NCBI GenBank assembly: GCA_965261735.1
Contig: OZ253470.1
Coordinates: 352,001 to 416,000, forward strand
Source of the DNA: Alphaproteobacteria bacterium
GTDB taxonomy: Bacteria > Pseudomonadota > Alphaproteobacteria > SHVV01
Length of the DNA: 64,000 nt
Reading direction: 5' to 3'
Position 1 is the stretch's first letter. Every line of letters begins with the position of its first letter. This document shows, piece by piece, positions 20,083 through 30,010 of the stretch. The notes below the pieces were generated by a model. That model saw nothing but the letters and a program-made list of their open reading frames with translations. It ran no database searches and had not been told where the DNA came from. The position numbers were made by a program, and so were the translations under genes.

Positions 20083-20376
20083 TTATTTCGCCTTTTCATT
20101 CTTGTATGCGATGAAGCCCGACGCGCCCTTGCCTTTGGCGCGGCACAGTGTGTAACCCTGATTGCCGAGATTGAATTTCGGGTCATTCTCAAGGCCTGCG
20201 AGAGCCACGACGATCTTCACCGCCACGGGATCGGGTTTGTCTTTGGCTTGTGAAGCAGATTGGCGCTCTAACCACTTTGCGAAAACTTCTTCGGCGAGGT
20301 CGTCACCGACAGATTTCCGAAGCGCGTTCAATTTTCTTACCCGACCCTTGGTGAGCCCAGTTTCATCGATAGCCAT
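20083..20376 (-). CDS. Hypothetical protein (97 aa)
   Basis: AGGA RBS; protein-like charged composition; divergent from HU. Confidence 0.7.
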   Translation of the reverse strand: MAIDETGLTKGRVRKLNALRKSVGDDLAEEVFAKWLERQSASQAKDKPDPVAVKIVVALAGLENDPKFNLGNQGYTLCRAKGKGASGFIAYKNEKAK

Positions 20377-20707
20377 TTCCTGAACCTCTCATTTCCGGCC
20401 TCTCTCACCGCAGCGTGGCGCGGCTTCGGTACAACCAATTACCACTGTTATGCAACAGTTCACGAGCAACAGCGCATGCGATCGCCGAGGCACCCGCGTG
20501 TACCACACGACCGGCGTCAACTGCATACGCGCGGAATGTCAACACGCTCAAGCCACCGCATTGATGGCTTTCAACGCCTGCCCACAACGAAGTCCTTTAA
20601 AACAGGGCCTTTGGAGCCGCCTGTAGTATACACATGGGTAAAAGGGCACTATATGTAGTGGCCTTAGGAGACTGTTTCGGTTCGGGGAACAACAGAGGCC
20701 ACACATC

Positions 20708-20992
20708 ATGAGCAGAGCCGCATTCGTCGAGAATGTCGCCAGGAAGGGCAACATGAGCAAGGCCGAGGCCAAGCGCACGGTCGACCTGGTCCTGGGCGAG
20801 GTCGAGGCTGGGCTGAAGAAGTCGAAGAAGGAAGGCCGCTACACCATCGGCAACTTCGGCACCTTCACCATCACCAGGCGTCCGGCGCGCAAGGGCCGCA
20901 ATCCGCAAACGGGCGAAGCGATCCGGATCAAGGCCTCCAAGGTTCTGAAGTTCCGGCCGGCCGCCGCGTTGAAGAGGGCGGCGGGCGCCTGA
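20708..20992 (+). CDS. HU-family histone-like DNA-binding protein
   Basis: GNFGTF, RPARKGRNPQTGEAIRIKASKVLKFRP. Confidence 0.95.
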   Translation: MSRAAFVENVARKGNMSKAEAKRTVDLVLGEVEAGLKKSKKEGRYTIGNFGTFTITRRPARKGRNPQTGEAIRIKASKVLKFRPAAALKRAAGA

Positions 20993-21024
20993 TCTCTGGC
21001 TGACGTCTCCCGGTTTCGGCACTG

Positions 21025-22863
21025 ATGCGCACGTTGGAGGAGCAGACAGCCGCCGCACGCCAAGTGCTGAGGGGTGTATTCGGGTTCGACGGGTTCCGTC
21101 CGGGCCAGGAAGCGGCCATCGGCGCGTTGCTGTCGGGGCGCAGCGTGCTCACGGTGATGCCGACGGGATCGGGCAAGTCACTTTGTTTTCAGATTCCAGC
21201 TTTGATCACGGATGGACTCACTGTCGTGGTGTCCCCGCTGGTCGCGCTAATGCAGGACCAGGTCGCGGCGCTCAGGCTCGCCGGTGTCGCGGCCGACAGC
21301 ATCAATTCCGCAAATGGGCGTGCCGACAACATAGCCGCCTGGCGCCGGGCCGCGGCAGGCGAGACGCGGCTACTCTACATGGCCCCCGAACGTCTGATGA
21401 CCGAGCCGATGCTGGCCTCACTGGCACGATTGCCGGTGAAGCTGTTCGCCATCGACGAGGCGCATTGCATCTCGCAATGGGGACCGGCCTTCAGGCCGGA
21501 ATACGAAGACCTGTGCGGATTGCGGGATCTGTTCCCCGGGGTTCCAATCGCCGCGCTGACGGCGACCGCCGATGAAGTGACCCGCGAGGACATCGCAGAG
21601 CGGCTGTTCGGGGGCTCGGTGGAGTCCTTCGTCCTCGGCTTCGACCGTCCGAACATCAAGCTGTCGGTGGAGATGAAACGCGACTGGAAGCGCCAGCTGC
21701 GGGACTTTATTGCACGCCATGAAGGCGAGAGCGGCATCGTCTATTGCCTGTCGCGCAAGAAGACGGAGGAAACCGCCGCCCTGCTGACGGCGGACGGCGT
21801 GCGGGCGCTTCCCTATCACGCGGGCATGGAGAAGGAGGACCGGGAGGCGCACCAGAACATTTTCATGACCGATCCGGGGGTGGTCATCGTTGCCACCATC
21901 GCCTTCGGCATGGGGATCGACAAGGCGGATGTGCGTTACGTCTTCCACACCGACCTGCCCGGCAGCATCGAGGCCTATTATCAGGAGATCGGCCGGGCGG
22001 GACGCGACGGCTCACCCGCGGAAGCCCATATGGTCTATGGCCTGGCCGACATTCGCATGCGCCGGGTGTTCATCGAGGACGAGGATGCGGGCACCGAGCG
22101 TAAGCGCCGCGAGCATAAACGGCTTGATGCCTTGCTCGGCTATTGCGAGGCGCCGGCCTGCCGGCGCGTTGCCCTGCTGGATTACTTCGGAGAGGAAATC
22201 GAGCCCTGCGGCAATTGCGATGCCTGTCTCGACCCGGCCGAGCGTGCCGACGGGACCGAGGATGCGCAAAAGATCCTGTCGGCGATCTACCGCTCGGGCG
22301 AACGGTTCGGTGCGGCGCATGTGATCGATATCCTGTGCGGGGCGCAGACTGAAAAGATCACGCGGACCGGCCATCACCGGCTGCCAACCTTCGGAATCGG
22401 CGCAGCACGCGGCAAGAACGAGTGGCGCTCGCTGATCCGCCAGATGGTGGCGACCGGGTTCCTGCGGCTCGACATCGCGGGCTATGGCGGGCTTGCGATC
22501 ACCGGCAAGGGCCGCGCGCTGCTGCGGGGCGAAGGCGTATTCCTCTACCGCGGGGAGACGGTGGTTGCACGGCCGTCCGCCGCGCCGCGCGAAACCCGCA
22601 AGAAACAATCGGAATATCCGCTGAACGATAGTCAGGCGGCGCTGCTGGATGTGCTGAAGGCCCTGCGGCTGGAACTCGCCAGGGCGCGCGGCGTGCCGGC
22701 CTATATCGTGTTCCCGGACCGTTCGTTGATCGACATGGCGCGCCGGCGCCCGCGCACCGAAGAGGAGTTCGCCGAGGTCAACGGCGTCGGCGCGGCCAAG
22801 CTGAAGGCGTTTGCAACGCCGTTTCTCGCCGCCATCGACAGCGCCCTGGCCGATGCGGGATGA
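21025..22863 (+). CDS. recQ: DNA helicase RecQ
   Basis: MPTGSGKS, DEAHCISQWG and QEIGRAGRDG motifs, Zn-binding CGNCD, RQC and HRDC regions. Confidence 0.97.
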   Translation: MRTLEEQTAAARQVLRGVFGFDGFRPGQEAAIGALLSGRSVLTVMPTGSGKSLCFQIPALITDGLTVVVSPLVALMQDQVAALRLAGVAADSINSANGRADNIAAWRRAAAGETRLLYMAPERLMTEPMLASLARLPVKLFAIDEAHCISQWGPAFRPEYEDLCGLRDLFPGVPIAALTATADEVTREDIAERLFGGSVESFVLGFDRPNIKLSVEMKRDWKRQLRDFIARHEGESGIVYCLSRKKTEETAALLTADGVRALPYHAGMEKEDREAHQNIFMTDPGVVIVATIAFGMGIDKADVRYVFHTDLPGSIEAYYQEIGRAGRDGSPAEAHMVYGLADIRMRRVFIEDEDAGTERKRREHKRLDALLGYCEAPACRRVALLDYFGEEIEPCGNCDACLDPAERADGTEDAQKILSAIYRSGERFGAAHVIDILCGAQTEKITRTGHHRLPTFGIGAARGKNEWRSLIRQMVATGFLRLDIAGYGGLAITGKGRALLRGEGVFLYRGETVVARPSAAPRETRKKQSEYPLNDSQAALLDVLKALRLELARARGVPAYIVFPDRSLIDMARRRPRTEEEFAEVNGVGAAKLKAFATPFLAAIDSALADAG

Positions 22864-22965
22864 GCGAGGAACCTTCGGAACCGATGGGGTGGACGCCCCT
22901 CCCGACGGCATCGCGATGTGCCAGGTTGGCGGTGTTGTTAACGCCAAGCGAGGAAGGGGGCGTCC

Positions 22966-23988
22966 ATGGAACAGGTTCACATGATCGGGATCGATCTGGC
23001 GAAGAACAGCTTTCAGCTGCACGGTGCGCGGGCGGATGGGTCGGTTGCGTTCCGCAAGAAGCTGAGCCGGGCGAAGCTGTTGGACTTTGTGGCTGCGCAG
23101 CCACGCTGCACGGTGGCGATGGAGGCGTGCGGCGGCGCGCACCATTGGGGCCGGGAGATCGGCAGTCTCGGCCATGCGGTGCGACTGGTCCCACCGATCT
23201 ACGTCAAAGCGTACGTCAAGCGGCAAAAGAACGACGCGTCGGATGCGGAGGCGATCTGCGAGGCGTCGTCGCGGCCGACCATGCGCTTTGTGGCTGTGAA
23301 GACGGAGGAACAGCAGGCTCGGGGCATGCTGTTCCGGACGCGCGATCTTCTGGTGCGCCAGCGCACCCAGACGATTAATGCGCTGCGCGGCCATCTGGCG
23401 GAGTTCGGTGTCATTGCCCCGCAGGGGCCGGCTCATGTCGGCCGGCTGGCCTCGGCGCTTGAGGGACCGGCTTCGAGGTTGCCGGAAGCGGTCCGCGAGC
23501 TGGCCGGCCTTCTGCTTGAGCAGATCGCCGGCCTCGATGCGAAGATTGCGGGCCTGGAGAGGGAGGTCCACGTGAGAGCACGGCAGGATGAGGAGGCGAG
23601 GCGCCTGATGAGCGTGCCGGGGATCGGGCCGATCAGCGCGATGGCAATCCAGGCCTTCGCACCGCCGATGGAGAGTTTCCGGCGCGGCCGCGACTTCTCC
23701 GCTTGGCTCGGCCTCGTGCCGCGCCAGCACACGACCGGCGGCAAGCCGAAGCTGGGCAAGATATCGAAGATGGGCCAGCGCGATCTGAGACGGCTGCTGA
23801 TCACAGGCGCGATGACTGTGGTCCGCTGGGCGGTTCGGCGCGGCGTGACGACGGACCCCTGGCTGGCCGGGATGCTGGCGCGCAAGCCGAGGATGCTCGT
23901 CGCGGTGGCGCTGGCCAACAGGATGGCGCGCATCGTCTGGGCGCTACTGACGAAGAAGGAGAGCTACCGGGCTCCCGCCACCGCCTGA
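22966..23988 (+). CDS. IS110-family recombinase/transposase
   Basis: GIDLAK, MEAC and KNDASDAEAI (DEDD RuvC-like) motifs; VPGIG and SAWLGLVP in the C-terminal domain. Confidence 0.97.
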   Translation: MEQVHMIGIDLAKNSFQLHGARADGSVAFRKKLSRAKLLDFVAAQPRCTVAMEACGGAHHWGREIGSLGHAVRLVPPIYVKAYVKRQKNDASDAEAICEASSRPTMRFVAVKTEEQQARGMLFRTRDLLVRQRTQTINALRGHLAEFGVIAPQGPAHVGRLASALEGPASRLPEAVRELAGLLLEQIAGLDAKIAGLEREVHVRARQDEEARRLMSVPGIGPISAMAIQAFAPPMESFRRGRDFSAWLGLVPRQHTTGGKPKLGKISKMGQRDLRRLLITGAMTVVRWAVRRGVTTDPWLAGMLARKPRMLVAVALANRMARIVWALLTKKESYRAPATA

Positions 23989-24230
23989 GAGAACGGCGAA
24001 GTGCGGGAAGCCGTCGGGGATGTGGGCACGACGGAGGACAGGTAAGGGCAAAGGTCAACGAGACCGGGTTGGGAAAACCAGCATCCGAACGGAGAGCTTT
24101 CAAGCTCGCGTAACCGATTTGGACCCAATCCGCGTATCTCCATACGGGCCCGCGGCGTGTCATCTGCCGCATAGAGAGGCCGGACACACGACAGCACCTG
24201 ACCGCATGCACCGAGCCGACCAAAAACTGC
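23989..24230 (+). ncRNA. Candidate bridge/seekRNA-encoding non-coding right end of the IS1111 element
   Basis: About 250-bp non-coding segment between transposase stop and right IR, where IS1111-group guide RNAs are encoded. Inferred from position only. Confidence 0.55.
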
Positions 24231-25226
24231 TTGCATCAACGGGGGCGTCCACACACGGTTCGGTATTACCGACGATAATCGGCTTGCCGTGTCTGGATGT
24301 TCACTTTATGTTCGATCAGCTTCGCCGGCGCATGCCTTGTGACGTGCTCATCGCCGTGGGATGAAGGCGCGGCGGTGACCGGCTTGTCAGCTCTTCGGCG
24401 TGTCGTCAGGCATAGAGCCCAGGATAAGGACCTCCACGAGTGGGTCCCGTGGGTCCGGACGATCGTGTGTGACCAATTCGCGGTAGCCGACCTCGGTCAT
24501 TCAGCGGGCGCGGGCAAGGTGGCTTTTGAGGGACTTGCGAGTGCGCTCCGGCTCACTGGCGGTGTCAATGCCGAGGATCTCTCTTCGGCGAGATGCGGGT
24601 CGCGGACATCACCTGCGCCCATGTTCGCCGCTGGTTCGACGGGTTGAGCGAGCGCCCAGGCAGCGCGCGGTCCCGCTGTCAGGCGCGCATTGCCTGATCG
24701 GTGATAGGGCGCGAATGCGGCCAATCGGGTTGCGGTTACAGGCGGATGCTCCAGCTCGTGGATATTGAGCGACCCTCGTGCTCTTCTTCGCCGGGCGTAT
24801 CGTACTTTTTGGAGTGGCGCTCCACATAGTCGTCGAATTCCTTTTGCGCCGCCTCGCGCTCCTCTTGAGTGGCTGTATTGTCCACAGCCGACTGAAGCCG
24901 CCGGAATTTGTGTTGTTCGGCGTGGAATATTGGGTCTGACTCAATCTCGATGATGGTGGCTTCGGACAGCACGACGAGGCGGATTCTGAGCACATCCAGA
25001 TCGGCACATCCCAAAATTCTGGCGCTGGAAGGCCCCCAGATTGTCGATCTGGCCTCCGTTCGCCGGCATCTGGCGTCCATAAACCGCTGACATCATCGAG
25101 ACCGCGACAGACCCGAATATATTTGGCAGTCTCCAATCGAGACATGGATTGGCCGACCCGCGGCGTCTACTTTTTGGGGCTTATATACATGACTAGACAC
25201 AACGTAAGAATAGGAGAAGTTGAAAT

Positions 25227-25592
25227 ATGCGGTCAATAAAAGGATGCTTCATGCTCGTCGTAGCTTTCGTTTTGACGCTCAACAACTTCTTCTACGCCGT
25301 CAATCCCGCGGCGGCCAAGCCCATATTTGATTGGATCGACCCTTTCGCAGTCGTCGCCCTCGTACTCGTTTTCATGGAGAAAATCCTCGGTTCGATGCGC
25401 GGCGAAACCGAATGGCCTCGGCTCGTAGTAACGGTCCTGGTCGGGGCGCTGGTTCATTTATACGCCTACAATTACTTGGCGAAGATGGCAGGCAGTGGAC
25501 TGGAGAGCGGAACCATGTGGCTGGTTATGGTGCCGTTTACGGTTTCCTTGCTCATCTATGAGGGCTTTTTGCTGATCCGCGAAGCCAAATAA
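25227..25592 (+). CDS. Small four-TM membrane protein
   Basis: AGGAG RBS; four hydrophobic segments. Confidence 0.75.
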   Translation: MRSIKGCFMLVVAFVLTLNNFFYAVNPAAAKPIFDWIDPFAVVALVLVFMEKILGSMRGETEWPRLVVTVLVGALVHLYAYNYLAKMAGSGLESGTMWLVMVPFTVSLLIYEGFLLIREAK

Positions 25593-25805
25593 GGACTTGT
25601 CTAGTCATGTATATAAGCCCCTACTTTTTCACGGAGGCTGGAGAACGCCGATCGGACAGCAGAAAGAGCCTCCGATGCGAAGGCAGCGGAAGCGATCATA
25701 CATTGCGCACCGGCAGGAACTGTCGACGGTTGTGGCGTTGACGTCGACCAGTCAGAAGATACGATCTGCGCTTCGCATCCATCCCCGTCTCAAGTGAGGA
25801 GTGTA

Positions 25806-26495
25806 ATGAACTTGGGCAGACTCTGTAAGGCAGCCACCGTCGGCCTTGCCCTGAGCATGCTGGTGAACACTTCAGTGGATGCCGAGGCGCCGAATGCCGT
25901 CGACGAGATCCGCAAACTGTACGCGGAATTTCAGACCTTCAAGAATGAAGATAAATTCCGCAGGGTCGGGTACGGTCGGTGCTGCAAATACTACCAGTGG
26001 ATGAAGGAAGTCGAAGGCCTGCGAGGAAACGATGCTGGCGAATTTCTTCGGTCGTTCGGGATCCTCCCTGGAGAACTGATCTCCCTCGGGATGGAGTACT
26101 ACCAAGGTCGCGGCAACCAGGGTGCAGCCAAAATGTGGGAGGCAAGCGTCGCGGCAATACTGAACCCGAAATCTGCCGAACGCTCGATCGATGCAGAGAA
26201 CGACGAACCTGACCGGGTGATTGGACGGTGGGAGGTGCACATTAATCGGACTCTTTGGGAGAGCGTCACGATCCAGACCGTGGGCGGGAAACCCCTGTAC
26301 GCCGGTGAATTCAAGGACGGATCGAGCCGAGAAATCGAACTCGTCGAGATACACGCGAAAGTAAGCGAGTTGCGAAGGTTCCGAGGCGCCGAAGGCTCGT
26401 CGTGGGATCCGAACGAGCAAGTAGCAATTTCAAACGGTGGGAAGCTCAAGTTCTACGACGAACTCGGATACATCCGAACAGCGGAGCCACGCTGA
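25806..26495 (+). CDS. Secreted hypothetical protein
   Basis: GAGGAG RBS; signal-peptide-like N-terminus ending VDA-EA. Confidence 0.7.
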   Translation: MNLGRLCKAATVGLALSMLVNTSVDAEAPNAVDEIRKLYAEFQTFKNEDKFRRVGYGRCCKYYQWMKEVEGLRGNDAGEFLRSFGILPGELISLGMEYYQGRGNQGAAKMWEASVAAILNPKSAERSIDAENDEPDRVIGRWEVHINRTLWESVTIQTVGGKPLYAGEFKDGSSREIELVEIHAKVSELRRFRGAEGSSWDPNEQVAISNGGKLKFYDELGYIRTAEPR

Positions 26496-26882
26496 AACGC
26501 CGTTTCGCATGGTCCGTTTGGCACCGCCGTATCAAGTGTATCCCGCGCATACTAACGAGAACTGATTCAAGAGAGTGCATTGACCAAGTCGTCGCCGGCT
26601 TGGCGATTGGTTAGTGGTACTCGACGCGTGGCGCACCGAAGATGCGTGTTTTGGCCGTAGCTAGATGCGCACGGCCGTAGAAGGCCTCGACTCGCGCGAC
26701 CCTCACGCCGCGGTCGGTCATCCACCGATTGAGCAACGTGAGCATGAAGTCTTCAGCGTCCGGAGTCTTAGCGCGAAGCGAGAACGCCACTTTGTGCGTG
26801 ACCATGATCGTTAGCTGGTTGACCGGGGCATCGCCACCGTGGACGGATGTCGCAGCACCGCAGATCACGTTGCGGATCGAGG

Positions 26883-27533
26883 TGGGAACGGCGGTGAGAA
26901 ATTAGTCCACGGTAGCGGCGGGATTGTCTCGCTGCGGGCGGAGCAACACTCTGCCACTTGAGCCCTTTCCTGAGCCCTTTCCGGCGACGGGGAGGGCGTG
27001 GGCATGCATACCGTGGAACTTTATCGAAAGGTTCGTCTCGCTTGCCGGGACGGAATGAGCGAGCGCGCCGCGGCGCGTCATTTCGGGATTTCGCGCGAGA
27101 GCGTAAAGAAGATGCTGTGGTTTTTAGGTGCCTTCGGGCTATCGGCGGACGGCACCGGTTAGGCGCCCGAAGCTGGACGGGTTCACCGAGATCATCGACC
27201 AGTGGTTGAAGGAGGATCTGAAGCAGCTGCGCAAGCAGCGCCACACGGCTAAGCGTATCTTCGACCGGCTTCGCGCCGAGAACGGGTTCAGCGGCGGCAA
27301 CGTGCCCTAAAGGCCCGGATGGCGAAACTGACCCCAACCCGACAAACCATGCCGCCCTGCGGGCAGCCGGCGGGCGCGGACCGCTTGAGCTCTGCATGGC
27401 TCGGCTGCCCGCTCCTGCCCAAAAACCCTCGCACCGCATCTCCGAATCCCAGTCTCACGCCAAGCTCAGTTCACCAGCCCAGGGGGCAGTCTTTTGGGCC
27501 GCCCTTTCGCTGAATCTTCAACCGGCGTTGACA
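26883..27533 (+). mobile_element. IS21-family internally deleted remnant (istA 5' fragment between two IS21-like ends)
   Basis: Left TGGGAACGGCGGTGAGAAATTAGTCCAC; MHTVELYRKVRLAC...RPKLDGF...RKQRHTAKRIFDRL with a frameshift; right end ...CCGGCGTTGACA. Confidence 0.78.
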
Positions 27534-27566
27534 GGCTTTGTGTGAAAATTGCCCCGCCCGCAGCCA

Positions 27567-27842
27567 TCACATCCGCCTCAAGGTCCAGAGGACCTTTCCG
27601 ACGATGTGGGCGTCCTGGGCGAGGCATGTGTAGGGTTCGTACGCGGGGTTGGCGGAGATCAGCCTGAGCCGGGGCGGCTCGGCGTTGGGCAGGACCTCGA
27701 CCCGCTTGACCACGAGGCCGGTGCCGTCCCACAGCACCGCCGTCTCGCCGGTGCCGGGGGCGCGGCGGGTCACGTCGACCAGCAGCCGGTCGCCGTCGGA
27801 GACCAGGGGCTCCATCGACTCGCCCCGCGCGCGCAGGACACG
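27567..27842 (-). pseudogene. S24 peptidase (LexA/CI-like repressor) C-terminal fragment
   Basis: RARGESMEP, VVKR, LISANPAYEP and IVGKV motifs; no HTH upstream. Confidence 0.82.
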
Positions 27843-28398
27843 GAGATAACTGGGTTCGTTATGTATGATTTTATACCATTGATTTAATTGATAATTTATA
27901 TGTTTTCATTTCTTCCGTAAGCGGAACGCAAGCGAATTCGATCAAACTACAGCGCTTGCGGGCGCATCTCTGACGTAGCTCCCGCTTAACAAACGGGGGG
28001 GCATTGCTGCGCCCCGCCCCTCACAGACGTAGTAACGATTCGGTCATGCCGGGATGAGCGGGGAAGAGCGCGCCCGCCGGGCGCTGTAGGTCAGCGTCGT
28101 TTGACGTTGAGGGGGAGTGCGGCGAGACCTCGGACGACAGTTGATCGCCGGTAGCGGGGCACGGCCGTAGCGAGTTCGATGGTGCCGAGCGTGCGGAGCG
28201 CCTCGGTAAAGACAGCGCTTGCTTCCACGCGCGCAAGTTCGGCACCGATGCACTGGTGGACGCCGTGTCCGAACGATGTGTGCCGGAGGCCTCTTCCACT
28301 GCGATCAGCCGGATTGATCCTTCCTCGCCTTTTCTCCAGCGTTGAAACGCGATAGTCTTGGCGCTAGATTTCTGACAAACTGGCTTGGAGACACGAAC

Positions 28399-28995
28399 AT
28401 GCGCGGCCTTCCCAAGCGCATCATGGAGTATGCCGAGGCCCTTCCGGAGGCCACGCCGCTGTGTCCGGCCGCCCTGCTTCATCTCGGCAACCGGGCGGCG
28501 GTCGACCAGGCTTTGTGGCGCCTTGCCCGTTCGGGCCGGCTCATGCGGATCTGCCAGGGCGTCTACATGCGCCCGGTCGAAACCCGTTTCGGCCTTCGGG
28601 CGCCCCGTGTTGGCAAGGCGCTGGCCGCGCTGTCGAAGATGTGGGGTGAAACGATCGTGCCGTGCGGTGGCTCCGCGGCCAACTGCCTGGGTCTGACCAC
28701 GCAGAATCCGGTGCGCGCGGTCTATCTCACCTCCGGTCCCAACCGCCGGTTGCACTTTGGCTCGTCCATAGTCGAGCTGCGTCACGCTCCCCGCTGGCAA
28801 CTGGCGGCCCCGCACCGCAAGGCGGGAGACGTCATCCGCGCTCTGGCATGGCTCGGTCCCGAAGAGGTCGAGAACAGCCTCGAAGCGGTCCTGCCGACGC
28901 TCTCCGAGGCGGACCGGGACGAGCTCGCGGCCGCGCGAGCCGTCATGCCCATCTGGATGGCGGAACCGGTGAGCACGCGCCTTTCGCATGGCTGA
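28399..28995 (+). CDS. AbiEi-like type IV antitoxin (DUF6088-type wHTH)
   Basis: RAAVDQALWRLARSGRLMRICQGVY, GLTTQNP and YLTSG motifs; overlaps the toxin start. Confidence 0.85.
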   Translation: MRGLPKRIMEYAEALPEATPLCPAALLHLGNRAAVDQALWRLARSGRLMRICQGVYMRPVETRFGLRAPRVGKALAALSKMWGETIVPCGGSAANCLGLTTQNPVRAVYLTSGPNRRLHFGSSIVELRHAPRWQLAAPHRKAGDVIRALAWLGPEEVENSLEAVLPTLSEADRDELAAARAVMPIWMAEPVSTRLSHG

Positions 28996-30010
28996 GACGC
29001 GATACCAGGACCTCTCGGCCGACGACAGGCGCGACGCTCTGGAAGTGGCGGAGCGCAGCGGCAGCCATAAGGCGCATCTTCTGGAGAAGGATGTCTGGGT
29101 CGTCGCGACGCTCGGCGTCCTGTTCGACGCGCCGTTCTCCGGTCACCTGACCTTCAAGGGCGGCACGTCGCTGTCGAAAGTATGGCGCGCGATCCGCCGA
29201 TTCTCCGAAGACATCGACATCACTTACGACATTCGCGCCTTCGCGCCAGACCTGGTTTCCGGCGCCGGCGCCGAGGCGATTCCGCCCACGCGCAGTCAGG
29301 AGAAGCGGTGGACGCGGGCAATCCGAGACCGTCTCGCCGAATGGGTTCGCGATCGGGCCTGCCCGATCGTCGAAGAAGGGCTTGGACGTGCCGGTTTCGT
29401 GGCGCGGATCCGTGCCGAGGCGGAGCGGCTCTACATCGGATACGAGCCGCTGTTCGAGGAGACCAGATTCGTGCGTCCGGAGGTCATGGTCGAGTTCGGC
29501 GCCCAATCCACGGGCGAACCGCACAGAATCCTGTCGGTCGTGTGCGACGCGGCAGCTTACTTGCCCGATCTGGCGTTTCCCGAGACGCGCCCGACCGTCA
29601 TGCTCGCGGAACGCACCTTCTGGGAGAAGGCGACCGCCATCCACGTCTTCTGCCGCCAGGAGCGGCGCCGGGGCCAGCGCCTGTCGAGGCACTGGCACGA
29701 TCTTGCGCGCCTCGACGAGGCGGGCATTGCGGCGAGCGCGCTGGCCGACCGTGCGCTCGCGCTTTCGGTCGCCCGCCACAAGGCCATGTTCTTCGCCGAG
29801 AACGATGCCCACGTTAACCGGATCGACTATGAGGCGGCGGTCTCGGGAGGCCTCCAACTCGTTCCCGCAGGGGCCGCGCATGCGGTACTCGCCGACGACT
29901 ACGCGAGAATGCTGGCCGACGGCATGCTGCTCGACGAGAGCGAACCGTTCGATGCGCTGATGGAGCTGTGCGCCGCGATCGAGACGAGAGCAAACGGACA
30001 GAAGGAATGA
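28988..30010 (+). CDS. AbiEii/AbiGii nucleotidyltransferase toxin
   Basis: LEKDVW, FKGGTSLSK, RFSEDID, ERTFWEK and SRHWHD motifs. Confidence 0.92.
   Translation: MAETRYQDLSADDRRDALEVAERSGSHKAHLLEKDVWVVATLGVLFDAPFSGHLTFKGGTSLSKVWRAIRRFSEDIDITYDIRAFAPDLVSGAGAEAIPPTRSQEKRWTRAIRDRLAEWVRDRACPIVEEGLGRAGFVARIRAEAERLYIGYEPLFEETRFVRPEVMVEFGAQSTGEPHRILSVVCDAAAYLPDLAFPETRPTVMLAERTFWEKATAIHVFCRQERRRGQRLSRHWHDLARLDEAGIAASALADRALALSVARHKAMFFAENDAHVNRIDYEAAVSGGLQLVPAGAAHAVLADDYARMLADGMLLDESEPFDALMELCAAIETRANGQKE

Larger units (their letters stand above)
22882..24255 (+). mobile_element. IS110 family (IS1111 group) element, complete
   Basis: Sub-terminal IRs GTGGACGCCCC (22889) and GGGGCGTCCAC (ends 24252), 7 and 3 bp from the inferred ends. 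CG dinucleotide at both junctions; no long TSD. Confidence 0.9.

Noticed and set aside
22012-23730. 572-aa minus-strand ORF and other long antisense ORFs (e.g. 859..1845, 28943..30364, 44949..45983)
   Set aside because: They are shadows of GC-rich genes on the opposite strand; the 572-aa one crosses an IS boundary, and none has recognisable motifs.
24300-25150. Possible coding remnants after the IS110 element
   Set aside because: A charged helical-looking segment (24736-24990, minus strand) exists but has no convincing start or family motif.
27838-27870. dif/Xer-like site (…GATAA CTGGGTTCG TTATGTATGAT) in an AT-rich patch
   Set aside because: The spacer is 9 bp rather than 6 and the arms match poorly; it may be an element boundary or promoter but cannot be supported.
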